Part shown: positions 10,786 to 21,174 of the stretch, one piece after another
Layout: every line of letters starts with the position of its first letter
How positions within the stretch are numbered: the first letter of the stretch is position 1
DNA from: Eubacteriales bacterium
GTDB taxonomy: Bacteria; Bacillota; Clostridia; Lachnospirales; Lachnospiraceae
Length of the DNA: 64,000 nucleotides
Reading direction: 5' to 3'
Assembly: GCA_030536555.1 (NCBI GenBank)
Contig: JAUNPU010000001.1
Location: 107,814 to 171,813, forward strand
The notes under the pieces: generated by a model
What the model saw: the letters and a program-made list of their open reading frames with translations, nothing else
Database searches by the model: none
What the model was told of the DNA's origin: nothing
Position numbers and translations under genes: made by a program

Positions 10786-11580
10786 GTGATAACCAGTACA
10801 ACCAACAAACAGGTAAAATATGTAAATGCACTGATCAGGAAGGCGAAGACCCGGCGGGAGGAGGACCTTTTCGTGGCGGAGGGGCTTCGCATGTGCATGG
10901 AGATTCCCAAGGACCGGATCAGGACCCTCTACGTGTCCGAGAGCTTTCAGAAGAACCCGGAGTGTGCGGCGCTGGTGAAGGGGGTGCGCCATGTGGAGAC
11001 GGTGACGGATGAGGTGTTCAAGGCACTTTCCGACACCCAGACTCCCCAGGGCATCCTTGCGCTGGTGAAGCAGTACCACTACACCATCGACCAGGTGGCA
11101 GGAACCGGCGGGGACGGCGCTGCGCCGGCCCTTCTGATGATTCTGGAGCGGCTTCAGGACCCGGGGAATCTTGGCACCATCATCCGCGCCGGAGAGGGCG
11201 CCGGAGTGACGGGAATCCTGATGGATCAGGATACGGCGGACATCTACAACCCCAAGGTGATCCGCTCCACCATGGGATCGGTGCTTCGTGTGCCCTTCGT
11301 CTATGTGGACGATATGAAGGGGGCGCTGGAGCAGCTGAAGGATAAGAACATCCATCTCTACGCGGCGCATTTAAAAGGCAGATCTGCATATGATAAGGAA
11401 GACTACACCGGCGATACCGGATTTCTCATTGGAAATGAAGGAAACGGCTTGAGCGATGAGATTGCTGCCATGGCGGACACCTACATCCGGATTCCCATGG
11501 CGGGACAGGTGGAGTCCCTCAATGCGGCAGTCGCGGCGTCGGTGCTGATGTTCGAGACGGCGCGGCAGAGGAGAGGATAG
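10786..11580 (+). CDS. TrmH/SpoU-family RNA 2'-O-methyltransferase
   Basis: LERLQDPGNLGTIIRAGEGAG and IGNEGNGLS...IPM.G.VESLN motifs of SpoU methylases. GTG start as in the track. Confidence 0.8.
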   Translation: MITSTTNKQVKYVNALIRKAKTRREEDLFVAEGLRMCMEIPKDRIRTLYVSESFQKNPECAALVKGVRHVETVTDEVFKALSDTQTPQGILALVKQYHYTIDQVAGTGGDGAAPALLMILERLQDPGNLGTIIRAGEGAGVTGILMDQDTADIYNPKVIRSTMGSVLRVPFVYVDDMKGALEQLKDKNIHLYAAHLKGRSAYDKEDYTGDTGFLIGNEGNGLSDEIAAMADTYIRIPMAGQVESLNAAVAASVLMFETARQRRG

Positions 11581-11711
11581 GGGATATTCTTTACATATCC
11601 TTTACATTCTGTTCAGAAAAACTTAAGTAAGACAACAAGCCGGTTTTGTTGTAAAGTGTCTGAAAATATAGTATAATAGAGCCTGTAAAGCATTTGAGGA
11701 GGGAGGTTGAA

Positions 11712-12155
11712 ATGATGATATCCATCTATTGGCTGGTCGGCTTTGTCATACTGGTGGGAATCGAACTTGCAACGATGGCACTGACGACGATCTGGTTCGC
11801 AGGCGGCGCACTGGCGGCTTTTGTCCTGTCTCTGTTTGGAGTCAGCCTGGAGGTGCAGCTGGCGGTATTTGTGATCGTATCGTTTGTACTGCTGTTTTTC
11901 ACCAGACCCTTTGCTGCAAAGTATATTAACAGCGGTACCGTGAAGACCAATGCCGAGAGTCTGATCGGCAGAGAAGCGCGTGTAACCGCACAGATCAACA
12001 ATGAGCTTGGCACCGGAACGGCAGTGGTGGGCGGTCAGGAGTGGACGGCCAGAGCTGCGGAGGATTCCCAGATCATCGAACAGGGGACGAGGGTGTGGAT
12101 CCGGGAGATTCAGGGCGTGAAGCTGATTGTGAGCACATCGAAGGAGGGCTTGTAA
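11712..12155 (+). CDS. NfeD-family membrane protein
   Basis: Two or three N-terminal TM helices plus a C-terminal OB-like soluble domain. It sits immediately upstream of an SPFH gene, the classic NfeD-SPFH pair. ATG at 11712 follows gaggagggagg. Confidence 0.8.
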   Translation: MMISIYWLVGFVILVGIELATMALTTIWFAGGALAAFVLSLFGVSLEVQLAVFVIVSFVLLFFTRPFAAKYINSGTVKTNAESLIGREARVTAQINNELGTGTAVVGGQEWTARAAEDSQIIEQGTRVWIREIQGVKLIVSTSKEGL

Positions 12156-12156
12156 T

Positions 12157-13083
12157 ATGTTTGGAATGATTGTTTTTCTGGTACTTCTGCTTGTTATTTT
12201 AATGATTCTGGTATCCTGCGTGCGGATCGTACCACAGGCGCAGGCACTGGTGGTTGAGCGTCTGGGCGCTTATCTGGGAACCTGGTCCGTGGGCATCCAT
12301 TTCATGGTGCCGTTCATCGACCGGGTAGCCAAGCGGGTGATTTTGAAGGAGCAGGTTGTGGACTTTGCGCCGCAGCCGGTGATCACCAAGGATAACGTTA
12401 CCATGCGGATTGACACGGTGGTGTTCTTCCAGATCACGGACCCGAAGCTATACGCATACGGCGTTGAGAATCCGATCATGGCGATCGAGAATCTGACTGC
12501 GACCACCCTGAGAAATATCATCGGTGATCTGGAGTTAGACCAGACCCTGACTTCAAGAGAGACCATCAACACCAAGATGCGGGCGTCTCTGGATGTGGCT
12601 ACCGACCCGTGGGGCATCAAGGTGAACCGTGTGGAGCTTAAGAACATCATTCCGCCGGCAGCCATCCAGGATGCCATGGAGAAGCAGATGAAGGCGGAGC
12701 GTGAGCGCCGTGAAGCCATTCTCCGTGCGGAAGGTGAGAAGAAGTCCACGATCCTGGTGGCAGAAGGCAAGAAGGAATCTGCAATCCTGGATGCAGAGGC
12801 AGATAAGCAGGCGGCGATCCTTCACGCAGAGGCAGAGAAGGAGAAGCGCATCAAGGAGGCAGAAGGTGAGGCAGAGGCAATCCTGAAGGTTCAGCAGGCG
12901 AATGCAGACGGTATCCGCTTCCTGAAGGATGCAGGCGCCGACGAGGCTGTGCTGCGGCTGAAGAGTCTGGAAGCCTTCATGGCGGCAGCAGACGGCAAGG
13001 CAACCAAGATCATCATCCCGTCCGAGATTCAGGGGATGGCAGGTCTGGTGAAGTCCGTGACCGAAGTGGCAAAAGAGAATTGA
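12157..13083 (+). CDS. SPFH/Band-7 (stomatin/slipin-like) membrane protein
   Basis: N-terminal TM, SPFH core (IVPQAQALVVERLG...KDNV...) and a long C-terminal AE-rich coiled coil. Confidence 0.9.
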   Translation: MFGMIVFLVLLLVILMILVSCVRIVPQAQALVVERLGAYLGTWSVGIHFMVPFIDRVAKRVILKEQVVDFAPQPVITKDNVTMRIDTVVFFQITDPKLYAYGVENPIMAIENLTATTLRNIIGDLELDQTLTSRETINTKMRASLDVATDPWGIKVNRVELKNIIPPAAIQDAMEKQMKAERERREAILRAEGEKKSTILVAEGKKESAILDAEADKQAAILHAEAEKEKRIKEAEGEAEAILKVQQANADGIRFLKDAGADEAVLRLKSLEAFMAAADGKATKIIIPSEIQGMAGLVKSVTEVAKEN

Positions 13084-13103
13084 CGAGAAGAATAGATACG
13101 AAT

Positions 13104-13138
13104 AATTATGCATAAACATTAGATGTTTATGCATAATT
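13104..13138. promoter_or_regulatory. Perfect 16+16 bp inverted repeat (3-bp spacer) just upstream of the argF promoter; candidate ArgR/AhrC-type operator and/or terminator of the SPFH operon
   Basis: aattatgcataaacat-tag-atgtttatgcataatt read directly. A TTGACA (13143-13148)/TACATT (13166-13171) promoter follows. Confidence 0.4.
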
Positions 13139-13230
13139 TATCTTGACAGTTTCCTTCCGGTATAGTACATTATAGATATTCAAAATCAAATGAGGTTTAT
13201 AGATTATATTATAATAAAACGGAGGAGACA

Positions 13231-14226
13231 ATGATGAATTTAAAGGGAAGACATTTCTTAACACTGAAAGATTATACACCGGAAGAGATTAAATATTTAC
13301 TGGACCTTGCTGCGGAGCTAAAACGCAAGAAGAAGGAAGGCATTCCGGTGGACCATTACCACGGGAAGAATGTGGCGCTGATCTTCGAGAAGACCAGCAC
13401 CAGGACCCGCTGCTCCTTCGAGGTAGCTGCTCATGATATGGGTATGGGAACCACCTATCTGGACCCGTCAGGTTCCCAGATCGGCAAGAAGGAGAGCATT
13501 GCGGATACGGCGCAGGTCCTTGGCCGCATGTATGACGGCATCGAGTATCGTGGATTCGGTCAGGAAATCGTGGAGGAGCTGGCAAAGTATGCCGGAGTTC
13601 CGGTGTGGAACGGTCTGACCAATGAGTACCATCCCACCCAGATGCTGGCAGATATGCTGACCATTCAGGAGCATCTGGGACATCTGAAGGGACTGAAGCT
13701 GGTATACATGGGTGACGCCCGCTACAACATGGGCAACTCCCTGATGATCGCCAGCGCCAAGATGGGAATGGATTTTGTAGCCTGTGCGCCGAAGAAGTAT
13801 TTCCCGGATGCAAAGCTTGTGGCGGAGTGTGAAGAATATGCCAAGGCTTCCGGAGCGACCATTACGCTGACGGAGGATGTACAGGCGGGAACGAAGGACG
13901 CCGATGTGATCTGCACGGATGTGTGGGTATCCATGGGTGAGCCGGATGCTGTGTGGGAGGAGCGGATTCATGATCTGACCCCGTACAAGGTGACGGCTGA
14001 GGTGATGAAGAATGCCGGCGAGAAGGCAATCTTCCTCCACTGTCTGCCTGCGTTCCATGATTTGAAGACGAAGATTGGAAAGGAAATGGGAGAGCGGTTC
14101 GGCATTACGGATATGGAGGTGACGGACGAGGTATTTACCTCGGAGCAGTCCAAGGTATTTGACGAGGCGGAGAACCGCATGCATACCATCAAAGCGGTGA
14201 TGGTGGCAACCCTTGGTGAACAGTAA
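13231..14226 (+). CDS. argF: Ornithine carbamoyltransferase
   Basis: STRTRCSFE carbamoyl-phosphate motif, [13 protein letters not shown] and HCLP motifs. 331 aa. Confidence 0.9.
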   Translation: MMNLKGRHFLTLKDYTPEEIKYLLDLAAELKRKKKEGIPVDHYHGKNVALIFEKTSTRTRCSFEVAAHDMGMGTTYLDPSGSQIGKKESIADTAQVLGRMYDGIEYRGFGQEIVEELAKYAGVPVWNGLTNEYHPTQMLADMLTIQEHLGHLKGLKLVYMGDARYNMGNSLMIASAKMGMDFVACAPKKYFPDAKLVAECEEYAKASGATITLTEDVQAGTKDADVICTDVWVSMGEPDAVWEERIHDLTPYKVTAEVMKNAGEKAIFLHCLPAFHDLKTKIGKEMGERFGITDMEVTDEVFTSEQSKVFDEAENRMHTIKAVMVATLGEQ

Positions 14227-14228
14227 GC

Positions 14229-14531
14229 ATGTTACAGGACAAGAAAAAGAACCCGCGCAATGTGGCGCTGATGATTGACATCCTCCACATTGCGGTGGGG
14301 ATCCTGGTGGTCGTGTGCGCGGTGCTGGCATTTTTGGACCCGGAGAACAATCAGTTTCTGTTTCCGGTGATCTTCTGGCTGGCGGCACTGCTCAACGGTG
14401 TGAACGGCAGATATCGTCTGCTGGAGTGCGGACGCGACAAGAAAAAGAAAGCTGGTGGAATTGCCCTCTGCGTGATCGCAGCAGGGCTGTTTCTCGTTGG
14501 TGTGATCAGCGCCATCAGCATCTGGAGGTAA
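14229..14531 (+). CDS. Small membrane protein (3 predicted TM helices), function unknown
   Basis: The ORF fits tightly between argF and birA. The hydrophobic segments are separated by K/R-rich loops. No recognised family. Confidence 0.5.
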   Translation: MLQDKKKNPRNVALMIDILHIAVGILVVVCAVLAFLDPENNQFLFPVIFWLAALLNGVNGRYRLLECGRDKKKKAGGIALCVIAAGLFLVGVISAISIWR

Positions 14532-14533
14532 CC

Positions 14534-15520
14534 TTGAACTTAAAAGATGAGATATTAAAATATTTAAAGCAGGAGCAGACCTACGTGTCCGGTCAGGAGC
14601 TCTGTGAGCGGCTTGGCGTGTCCAGAACGGCAGTCTGGAAGGTGATTCGCCAGATGGAGGAGGAAGGCTACCGCATTGAGGCGGTGCGCAACCGGGGTTA
14701 CCGTCTGGTGGAGAGCGGGGATGTCTACACGGAGGCGGAGATCCGAAGTCTCCTTACCACCAGATGGGCAGGGCAGAACCTGATCTTTCTGGATGAGGTG
14801 GATTCCACCAACAATGAGGCGAAGCGTCAGGCAGAGCAGGGTGCGCCTGAGGGAACCCTGGTGGTGGCAGAGCTGCAGAATGCAGGTAAGGGCCGCCGGG
14901 GCAGAAGCTGGAAGTCTCCCAAGGGAAGCGGTGTGTGGATGACTCTGGTCCTGCGGCCGGAATTCGGTCCGGAATGTGCTTCCATGCTGACGCTGATTGC
15001 GGCGCTGGCGACAGAGACGGGCATCCGCAAGGTGACGGGACTGGACTGCGGCATCAAGTGGCCCAATGATATTGTGGTGAACGGCTGTAAGCTGGTGGGC
15101 ATTCTGACGGAGATGAGCACGGATGTGGACAGCATTCAGCATGTGGTGGTGGGCATCGGCATCAACGCCAACATGAAGGAATTCCCGGAGGAGATCCGGT
15201 CCACAGCCACCTCACTGGCAATCGCCTCCGGCGGACCTGTGAAGCGGGCAGAGCTGGTGGCGGCGGTGATGGCTGCCTGGGAGCAGTATTATGAGATATT
15301 TTTACAGACGCTGGACTTAAGTCTGCTGCAGGATACCTACAACCAGAGACTGGTCAACTGCGGAAGAGAAGTGCGGGTACTGGCACCCAGGGGCGAGTAC
15401 ACCGGAATCTCCCACGGCATCAACCATACGGGAGAGCTGCTGGTGGAGACAAAAGACGGTCAGATCCGGGAAGTGGTGTCCGGCGAGGTGTCGGTGCGGG
15501 GGATCTACGGCTATGTATAG
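14534..15520 (+). CDS. birA: Bifunctional biotin-[acetyl-CoA-carboxylase] ligase / biotin operon repressor
   Basis: N-terminal HTH (SGQELCERLGVSRTAVWKVI) and GKGRRGRSW biotin-ligase motif. TTG start at 14534 follows ggagg; the longer track ORF (from 14315) would overlap the membrane-protein gene. Confidence 0.85.
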   Translation: MNLKDEILKYLKQEQTYVSGQELCERLGVSRTAVWKVIRQMEEEGYRIEAVRNRGYRLVESGDVYTEAEIRSLLTTRWAGQNLIFLDEVDSTNNEAKRQAEQGAPEGTLVVAELQNAGKGRRGRSWKSPKGSGVWMTLVLRPEFGPECASMLTLIAALATETGIRKVTGLDCGIKWPNDIVVNGCKLVGILTEMSTDVDSIQHVVVGIGINANMKEFPEEIRSTATSLAIASGGPVKRAELVAAVMAAWEQYYEIFLQTLDLSLLQDTYNQRLVNCGREVRVLAPRGEYTGISHGINHTGELLVETKDGQIREVVSGEVSVRGIYGYV

Positions 15521-16649
15521 AAGAACAGAAGCAGATACTGACCGAAACTACCGCAGACTGCAGGTGCTGGAGCGGGAAGACCGTCCCATGGAACTGGAGG
15601 ACAGGCTTCGCGCCATGAACGGTCCGCTGCTTACCTGGTATGAGGACCATGCGCGGATTCTGCCCTGGCGGGAGGACCCGCAGCCTTATCGGGTCTGGAT
15701 CTCGGAGATCATGCTGCAGCAGACGCGGGTGGAGGCGGTGAAGCCGTACTTTGAGCGGTTTTTGCAGAGCCTGCCTGATGTGGAGGCACTGGCTGAGGTG
15801 GAGGAAGACCGGCTGATGAAGCTGTGGGAAGGGCTTGGCTACTACAACCGTGCCAGGAACTTAAAAAAAGCGGCCCAGATGATCGTGGCGGAGTATGGCG
15901 GTCAGATGCCGTCGGAATATGAGGAGCTTTTGAAGCTTCCGGGTATCGGAAGCTACACGGCAGGAGCCATTGCGTCCATCGCCTACGGCAGACCGGTGCC
16001 GGCAGTGGACGGCAATGTGCTGCGGGTGATCTCCCGGGTGACTGCCAGCTACGAGGACATTTTAAAGCAGTCCACGAAACGCTGGATGGAGGAGCATCTG
16101 AAGAACACCATGCCGAAGGACAGAGCCAGCCACTTCAATCAGGGGCTGATCGAGATCGGAGCCATTGTCTGTGTGCCTAACGGTCAGCCAAAGTGCGGGG
16201 AGTGCCCCCTGGCATCCGTCTGTCTGGCGAGAAAGCAGGATCTGATCGGAGAGCTTCCGGTGAAGACGCCGCCGAAGAAGAGGCGGATCGAGGAGCGGAC
16301 TGTATGCATCCTGGAAGAGGGCACGAAGGTGGCGATTCGAAAGCGGGATGATGACGGGCTGCTGGCTTCCCTCTATGAGCTTCCCAATGTGGAAGGCTGC
16401 CTGAAGGAAGAGGAGCTTTGCGAAGCATTTGGTCTGGATCCGGAGCTGGTGGCGGTTATCGAGCCTCTGCCGAAGGCGAAGCACGTGTTCTCCCATGTGG
16501 AGTGGCACATGATCGGCTACCGGGTACGGCTGAGGGATATGCAGAGCAAAGCCATGCCGGAAGCATTTATTTCGGCGGAAAAGTCCGAGCTGAAGGACCG
16601 TTATGCACTGCCCAATGCATTTGGCAGGTATACAAAGCTGATTATATGA
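15513..16649 (+). CDS. mutY: A/G-specific adenine DNA glycosylase
   Basis: LLTWY....R.LPWR, ISEIMLQQTRV and HhH-GPD (GIGSYTAGAI) motifs, a 4Cys cluster (C..C..C....C) and a C-terminal NUDIX-like domain. An alternative start is at 15588. Confidence 0.85.
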   Translation: MYRRTEADTDRNYRRLQVLEREDRPMELEDRLRAMNGPLLTWYEDHARILPWREDPQPYRVWISEIMLQQTRVEAVKPYFERFLQSLPDVEALAEVEEDRLMKLWEGLGYYNRARNLKKAAQMIVAEYGGQMPSEYEELLKLPGIGSYTAGAIASIAYGRPVPAVDGNVLRVISRVTASYEDILKQSTKRWMEEHLKNTMPKDRASHFNQGLIEIGAIVCVPNGQPKCGECPLASVCLARKQDLIGELPVKTPPKKRRIEERTVCILEEGTKVAIRKRDDDGLLASLYELPNVEGCLKEEELCEAFGLDPELVAVIEPLPKAKHVFSHVEWHMIGYRVRLRDMQSKAMPEAFISAEKSELKDRYALPNAFGRYTKLII

Positions 16650-16738
16650 GGATAATGTAAGAGAATTGTTCATTATAGAAGACAATCGAGCGAGTCAGTG
16701 ATACAATGATGTGTTTTGCAGGGAGGTGAAGCTGTAGG

Positions 16739-17692
16739 ATGGCAAAGAAGAAGCAGATGCTTTTGATCATCAATCCAAAGTCCGGCAGAGGGCTGGTCAG
16801 GAATCACCTGCTGGAGATTACAGATACTTTTGTGAAAGCAGGATATCAGGTGCAGATTCATATTACGCAGCGGGCGCTGGACGCCAGGGATGTGGTGATC
16901 CGGGACGGCGCGAAGAAGGAGCTGATCGTGTGCAGCGGCGGAGACGGCACCCTGAATGAGACGATCACCGGGATGATGCAGTTAAAGACGCATCCCCATC
17001 TTGGCTATATTCCGGCTGGGTCCACCAATGACTTTGCATCCAGCTTGAAGATTCCGAAGCAGATGGGCGCGGCAGCCATGGCGGCTGCATATGGCAGTGA
17101 GTATCCCATCGATATCGGGGAGTTTTGTCAGGAGCGGTACTTTGTCTATGTGGCAGGCTTCGGTGCATTTACGGAGGTTTCCTACCTGACGCCCCAGGAC
17201 AAGAAGAATGTGCTGGGTCATCAGGCATACATGCTGGAGAGCGTGAAGGGGCTGACCTCCATCAAGGCATACCGGATGAAGGTGCAGACGGATGAGATGC
17301 AGCTGGAAGGAGACTTTATCTTCGGGATGGTGACCAACACCATCAGCGTAGGGGGCTTTAAAGGACTGGTGGACCAGAATGCGGCGCTGAATGACGGTCT
17401 GTTCGAGGTACTGCTGATCCGGATGCCGAAGACCCCGCTGGAGTTCAGCAATATCGTTTCCAGCCTCTTTCTCAAGGATGAGAAGAGCGAGCAGGTTTGC
17501 AGGTTTAAGACCAGAGCCATCCGGTTTACCTGCGAGGAGCCGGTGGACTGGGTGCTGGACGGAGAGTTCGGCGGTGCCAGAACCGAGGTGTATGTGGAGA
17601 ATCTGCACCGCAGGATGGAAATCAGGCGCAGTTTTACGCCGAAAACCGATCTTGTGAAAGCGGAAACCGGGAAATTGCGGAAGCAGAGATAG
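16739..17692 (+). CDS. Diacylglycerol/lipid kinase family protein (YegS/BmrU/DgkB-like)
   Basis: [11 protein letters not shown] and SGGDGTLNE motifs of the DAGK catalytic domain. Confidence 0.85.
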   Translation: MAKKKQMLLIINPKSGRGLVRNHLLEITDTFVKAGYQVQIHITQRALDARDVVIRDGAKKELIVCSGGDGTLNETITGMMQLKTHPHLGYIPAGSTNDFASSLKIPKQMGAAAMAAAYGSEYPIDIGEFCQERYFVYVAGFGAFTEVSYLTPQDKKNVLGHQAYMLESVKGLTSIKAYRMKVQTDEMQLEGDFIFGMVTNTISVGGFKGLVDQNAALNDGLFEVLLIRMPKTPLEFSNIVSSLFLKDEKSEQVCRFKTRAIRFTCEEPVDWVLDGEFGGARTEVYVENLHRRMEIRRSFTPKTDLVKAETGKLRKQR

Positions 17693-17730
17693 AAAAGTGC
17701 TGGAAAACACCGAAAATATTGAAAAATGTG

Positions 17731-17759
17731 TTGAAATATGATAATCGGTGTTATATAAT
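17731..17759 (+). promoter_or_regulatory. Sigma-A-type promoter upstream of rpoD
   Basis: TTGAAA (17731-17736), 17 nt spacer, TATAAT (17754-17759). Confidence 0.5.
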
Positions 17760-17808
17760 GATTCGATGTAGGCTTTTATGCAGACCTTGTAGTGAAAGGA
17801 CGTTACTT

Positions 17809-18939
17809 GTGGAAAAAGACAATTTTTTAGAAAAGCTTAAAAAGCTGGTAGAAGTTGCCAAAACAAAGCATAATGCACTGGATGTAGGCGAGATCAACGA
17901 TTTCTTCGCTGGTGACAACCTGGGTCCGGAGCAGATGGAGCAGATCTACTCCTATCTGGAGGAACGGCGTATCGATGTGATACCGGTCATTGATGAGAAT
18001 GTATTAGCGGAAGAGCCGCTTTTGTTGGACGACGATGACATCGATGCGGATGACAGTTTTCTGAAGGAAGCAGAGGATATTGATCTGGATGCCGTAGACC
18101 TTCTGGAAGGTATCGGAACGGAGGATCCGGTCCGCATGTATCTGAAGGAGATCGGTACGGTGCCGCTTCTCAGCGCAGACGAGGAGCTTGTCCTGGCCAA
18201 GCGTAAGGCTGAGGGCGATGAGCATGCAAAGGAACGTCTGATTGAAGCGAACTTGAGACTGGTGGTAAGTATCGCGAAGCGATATACCGGTCGCGGGATG
18301 AGCTTCCTTGATCTGGTACAGGAGGGGAACCTGGGACTGATCAAAGGCGTTGAAAAGTTTGACTATACAAAAGGATACAAGCTGAGTACATATGCTACCT
18401 GGTGGATCAGACAGTCCGTGACCCGGGCGCTTGCAGATCAGGCACGTACTATTCGTGTGCCGGTGCATATGGTTGAGACCATCAACAAGATGTCCAAGAT
18501 GCAGCGTAAGCTGACTCTGGAGCTGGGCTATGAGCCGTCTGTGACGGAGCTGGCTGAGGCACTGGAGATGTCAGAGGACAAGGTGATGGAGATCATGCAG
18601 ATTGCAAGAGAACCTGCGTCCTTAGAGACCCCGATCGGTGAGGAGGATGACTCCAACCTGGGAGACTTCGTGGCGGACAACAACGTGCTGACTCCGGAGG
18701 GCAATGTGGAATCTGTGATGCTCAGAGAGCACATTGATGCACTGCTGGGCGACTTAAAGGAGAGAGAGCGTCAGGTTATCGTGCTGCGGTTCGGCTTGGA
18801 GGACGGACATCCCCGTACTCTGGAGGAGGTTGGCAAGGAGTTCAACGTTACCAGAGAGCGTATCCGTCAGATTGAGGCGAAGGCCCTTCGCAAGCTGAGG
18901 AATCCGGTTCGCAGTAAGCGTATCCGCGACTTCCTGTAA
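17809..18939 (+). CDS. rpoD: Primary RNA polymerase sigma factor (sigma-70/SigA)
   Basis: Regions 1.2-4.2 are recognisable ([61 protein letters not shown]). GTG at 17809 follows gaaagga; the track start at 17719 adds a Cys-rich non-family extension. Confidence 0.9.
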   Translation: MEKDNFLEKLKKLVEVAKTKHNALDVGEINDFFAGDNLGPEQMEQIYSYLEERRIDVIPVIDENVLAEEPLLLDDDDIDADDSFLKEAEDIDLDAVDLLEGIGTEDPVRMYLKEIGTVPLLSADEELVLAKRKAEGDEHAKERLIEANLRLVVSIAKRYTGRGMSFLDLVQEGNLGLIKGVEKFDYTKGYKLSTYATWWIRQSVTRALADQARTIRVPVHMVETINKMSKMQRKLTLELGYEPSVTELAEALEMSEDKVMEIMQIAREPASLETPIGEEDDSNLGDFVADNNVLTPEGNVESVMLREHIDALLGDLKERERQVIVLRFGLEDGHPRTLEEVGKEFNVTRERIRQIEAKALRKLRNPVRSKRIRDFL

Positions 18940-18961
18940 GAAGCAAAGGAAGGATCTGCGC

Positions 18962-19591
18962 ATGAATCAGCGAAATTATCAGCGAGAACTGGAACAGATC
19001 ATAAAGAGCAACAACAGCGAGAGTCGGGTCCCCCGGCTCTTGTTGCATAGTTGCTGCGCTCCCTGCAGCAGCTACGTGCTGGAGTATCTGTCTGAGTATT
19101 TTGAAATCACCGTATTTTACTATAATCCCAACATTTCCCCGGTCAGGGAGTATGAAAAGCGGGTGCAGGAGCAGCGAAGCCTCATTGAACGGCTTCCGGC
19201 GAAGCATCCGATCCGTCTGGAGGTGGGACCCTACGAGCCCGAGCGCTTCTATGCCATGGCGAAGGGACTTGAGAAGGAGCCGGAGGGCGGCGAGCGGTGC
19301 TTTGGCTGCTATCGTCTCAGACTGGAGGAGGCGGCGAAGCTGGCGGCGGCGGGCGGTTATGACTACTTTACCACAACCCTCACCATCAGCCCCTTAAAGA
19401 ATGCCCGTAAGCTCAACGAGATCGGTGAGGAGCTGGAAGGCATCTATAAGGTGGAACATCTGCCGTCGGATTTTAAGAAAAAGAATGGTTACAAGCGGTC
19501 GGTGGAGCTGTCTGCTCAGTATGGACTGTACCGTCAGAATTACTGCGGCTGTGCATATTCCAGGGCAGAGCAGGAGGCGCGCAAAAGTTGA
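18962..19591 (+). CDS. queH: Epoxyqueuosine reductase QueH (DUF208)
   Basis: LLLHSCCAPCS motif and C-terminal NYCGC motif characteristic of QueH. Confidence 0.85.
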   Translation: MNQRNYQRELEQIIKSNNSESRVPRLLLHSCCAPCSSYVLEYLSEYFEITVFYYNPNISPVREYEKRVQEQRSLIERLPAKHPIRLEVGPYEPERFYAMAKGLEKEPEGGERCFGCYRLRLEEAAKLAAAGGYDYFTTTLTISPLKNARKLNEIGEELEGIYKVEHLPSDFKKKNGYKRSVELSAQYGLYRQNYCGCAYSRAEQEARKS

Positions 19592-19716
19592 CAGGAATAA
19601 AAGCGGTTTGACTTGACACTTACCGGAATTTGTAATAAACTTTTAATGAAAGATTCGTACACTTTTTGTGCGAATTTCGAGGGAAAATATATAATTAATT
19701 AAAAGGAGACTACAAT

Positions 19717-19983
19717 ATGCTTAGTAAGACTTTAACCATTGTGAATCCGTCCGGATTACATTTAAGACCAGCAGGAGTTCTGTCCCAGACCGCTATGAAG
19801 TTCAAATGTGATGTTATCATCGAGTGCGGCGAGAAGAAGATCATCGCTAAGAGTGTACTGAACGTTATGGCAGCAGGCATCAAGTCCGGCACCCAGATCA
19901 ACCTGATCTGTGACGGTGAGGACGAGGCTGCAGCTATGGAGACCATCAGCCAGGCTATCGAGAGCGGTTTAGGTGAGATGTAA
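19717..19983 (+). CDS. ptsH: HPr-family phosphocarrier protein
   Basis: 88 aa. His15 in the GLHLRPAG context and Ser46 in the AKSVLNVM context. Confidence 0.85.
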   Translation: MLSKTLTIVNPSGLHLRPAGVLSQTAMKFKCDVIIECGEKKIIAKSVLNVMAAGIKSGTQINLICDGEDEAAAMETISQAIESGLGEM

Positions 19984-20009
19984 GTTCCAGTTTTATAGTG
20001 TACATGTTG

Positions 20010-20038
20010 GGGCTGCCGAAAGGCAGCCCTTTGTAGTT
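20010..20038 (+). terminator. Intrinsic terminator after HPr gene
   Basis: 8-bp GC-rich stem gggctgcc/ggcagccc with a GAAA tetraloop, followed by tttgtagtt. Confidence 0.7.
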
Positions 20039-20074
20039 ATCGCAGACTAAGACCACCAGAAAGGCCATAGAGAC

Positions 20075-21118
20075 ATGAAGTATTATTTTGCACCGATGGA
20101 GGGTATCACCGGTTACGTGTTCCGAAATGCCCATCATCAGTATTTTCATCAGATAGACGAGTATTACACACCATTTATCACCCCGACTCAGACCAGAAAG
20201 CTGACTGCCAGGGAGATGAATGATGTGCTGCCGGAGCACAATGAGGGGATGCGGGTGATTCCGCAGATCCTGACCAATCAGGCGGAGGACTTTCTGTGGG
20301 CGGCTGAGAAGCTTAAGCAGCTTGGATACGGGGAGGTCAACTTGAACCTGGGCTGTCCGTCGGGCACGGTGGTGTCCAAGAACCGCGGCTCCGGATTCCT
20401 GGCATATCCGGTACGGCTGGACCGCTTTCTGTATGAGGTAAGCGAGGGGCTGGACCGGCTGGATCTGAAGCTGTCTGTGAAGACCCGGATCGGGAAGCTG
20501 GACGGGGATGAGTTTGAGGAGCTTCTGGAGATCTACAATCAGTATCCCATGGAGAAGCTGATTATCCATCCGCGGGTACAGCTGGATTACTATAAGAATC
20601 ACCCCAACCGGGAAGTTTTCAGGGCGGCGGTCCAAAACAGCAAAAATCGGGTATGCTATAACGGAGACCTGTTTTCTGATGAGGACATCCGGATGTTTGA
20701 GAGAGAGTATCCAGAGGTGAATGCGGTGATGATGGGCAGGGGACTGCTGACGAACCCGGCGCTGGGGATAGAGGCGGCAGCAGCCAGACAGCAGGCAGCA
20801 GCCAGCCTGCAGATGGCATTTAGCCCGCAGGAGACCGGCGAAGACCGGCCGGCTCTGGACCCGCGGACGCTGCATGCATTTCACAATGCCGTCCTTGCCG
20901 GATACCGGGAGGTGATTCCCGGCGACCGCAATGTGCTGTTCAAGATGAAGGAGCTGTGGGCGTATCTGGGGGATGCATTTGCAGACAGCAAAAAACAGGT
21001 AAAGAAGATTCGGAAGGCGGAACGGATGGCGGACTATGAGGCGGCGGTTGCCAATATCTTTGCGACCTGTGAGCTGGTCCGGGATCCTGTATTCTTAGGA
21101 TGGAAGCAGGGAAAGTAG
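20075..21118 (+). CDS. tRNA-dihydrouridine synthase family protein
   Basis: N-terminal YFAPMEGIT motif and LNLGCP motif of the Dus TIM-barrel flavoenzymes. Confidence 0.8.
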   Translation: MKYYFAPMEGITGYVFRNAHHQYFHQIDEYYTPFITPTQTRKLTAREMNDVLPEHNEGMRVIPQILTNQAEDFLWAAEKLKQLGYGEVNLNLGCPSGTVVSKNRGSGFLAYPVRLDRFLYEVSEGLDRLDLKLSVKTRIGKLDGDEFEELLEIYNQYPMEKLIIHPRVQLDYYKNHPNREVFRAAVQNSKNRVCYNGDLFSDEDIRMFEREYPEVNAVMMGRGLLTNPALGIEAAAARQQAAASLQMAFSPQETGEDRPALDPRTLHAFHNAVLAGYREVIPGDRNVLFKMKELWAYLGDAFADSKKQVKKIRKAERMADYEAAVANIFATCELVRDPVFLGWKQGK

Positions 21119-21174
21119 AGAAAGCCCGCGGGGAATGTCGCCGCGGTGATGACAGATGGAAGGTGGAACGGATT

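Noticed and set aside
8753-11370. Long minus-strand ORFs (8753-9598, 9710-10480, 10603-11370) opposite nadE and the TrmH-family gene
   Set aside because: They are antisense shadows of GC-rich genes with clear family motifs on the plus strand. Their translations are R/H/Q/L/P-rich low-complexity sequences without RBS or recognisable motifs.
14315-14533. N-terminal extension of the birA ORF in the track (start 14315)
   Set aside because: The extension overlaps the small membrane-protein gene in another frame and has Arg/Ser-rich non-family sequence. The BirA HTH begins right after TTG 14534, which has a ggagg RBS.
19955-20884. 309-aa minus-strand ORF opposite the dus gene. Similar cases are 26558-27340(-), 44231-45325(-), 55113-56390(-), 60512-61594(+) and 63041-63706(-).
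   Set aside because: In every case the opposite strand encodes a protein with strong family signatures (Dus, AI-2E, amidohydrolase, PFK, GPH transporter, FAD oxidoreductase). The shadow ORFs have His/Arg/Gln-rich nonsense composition.
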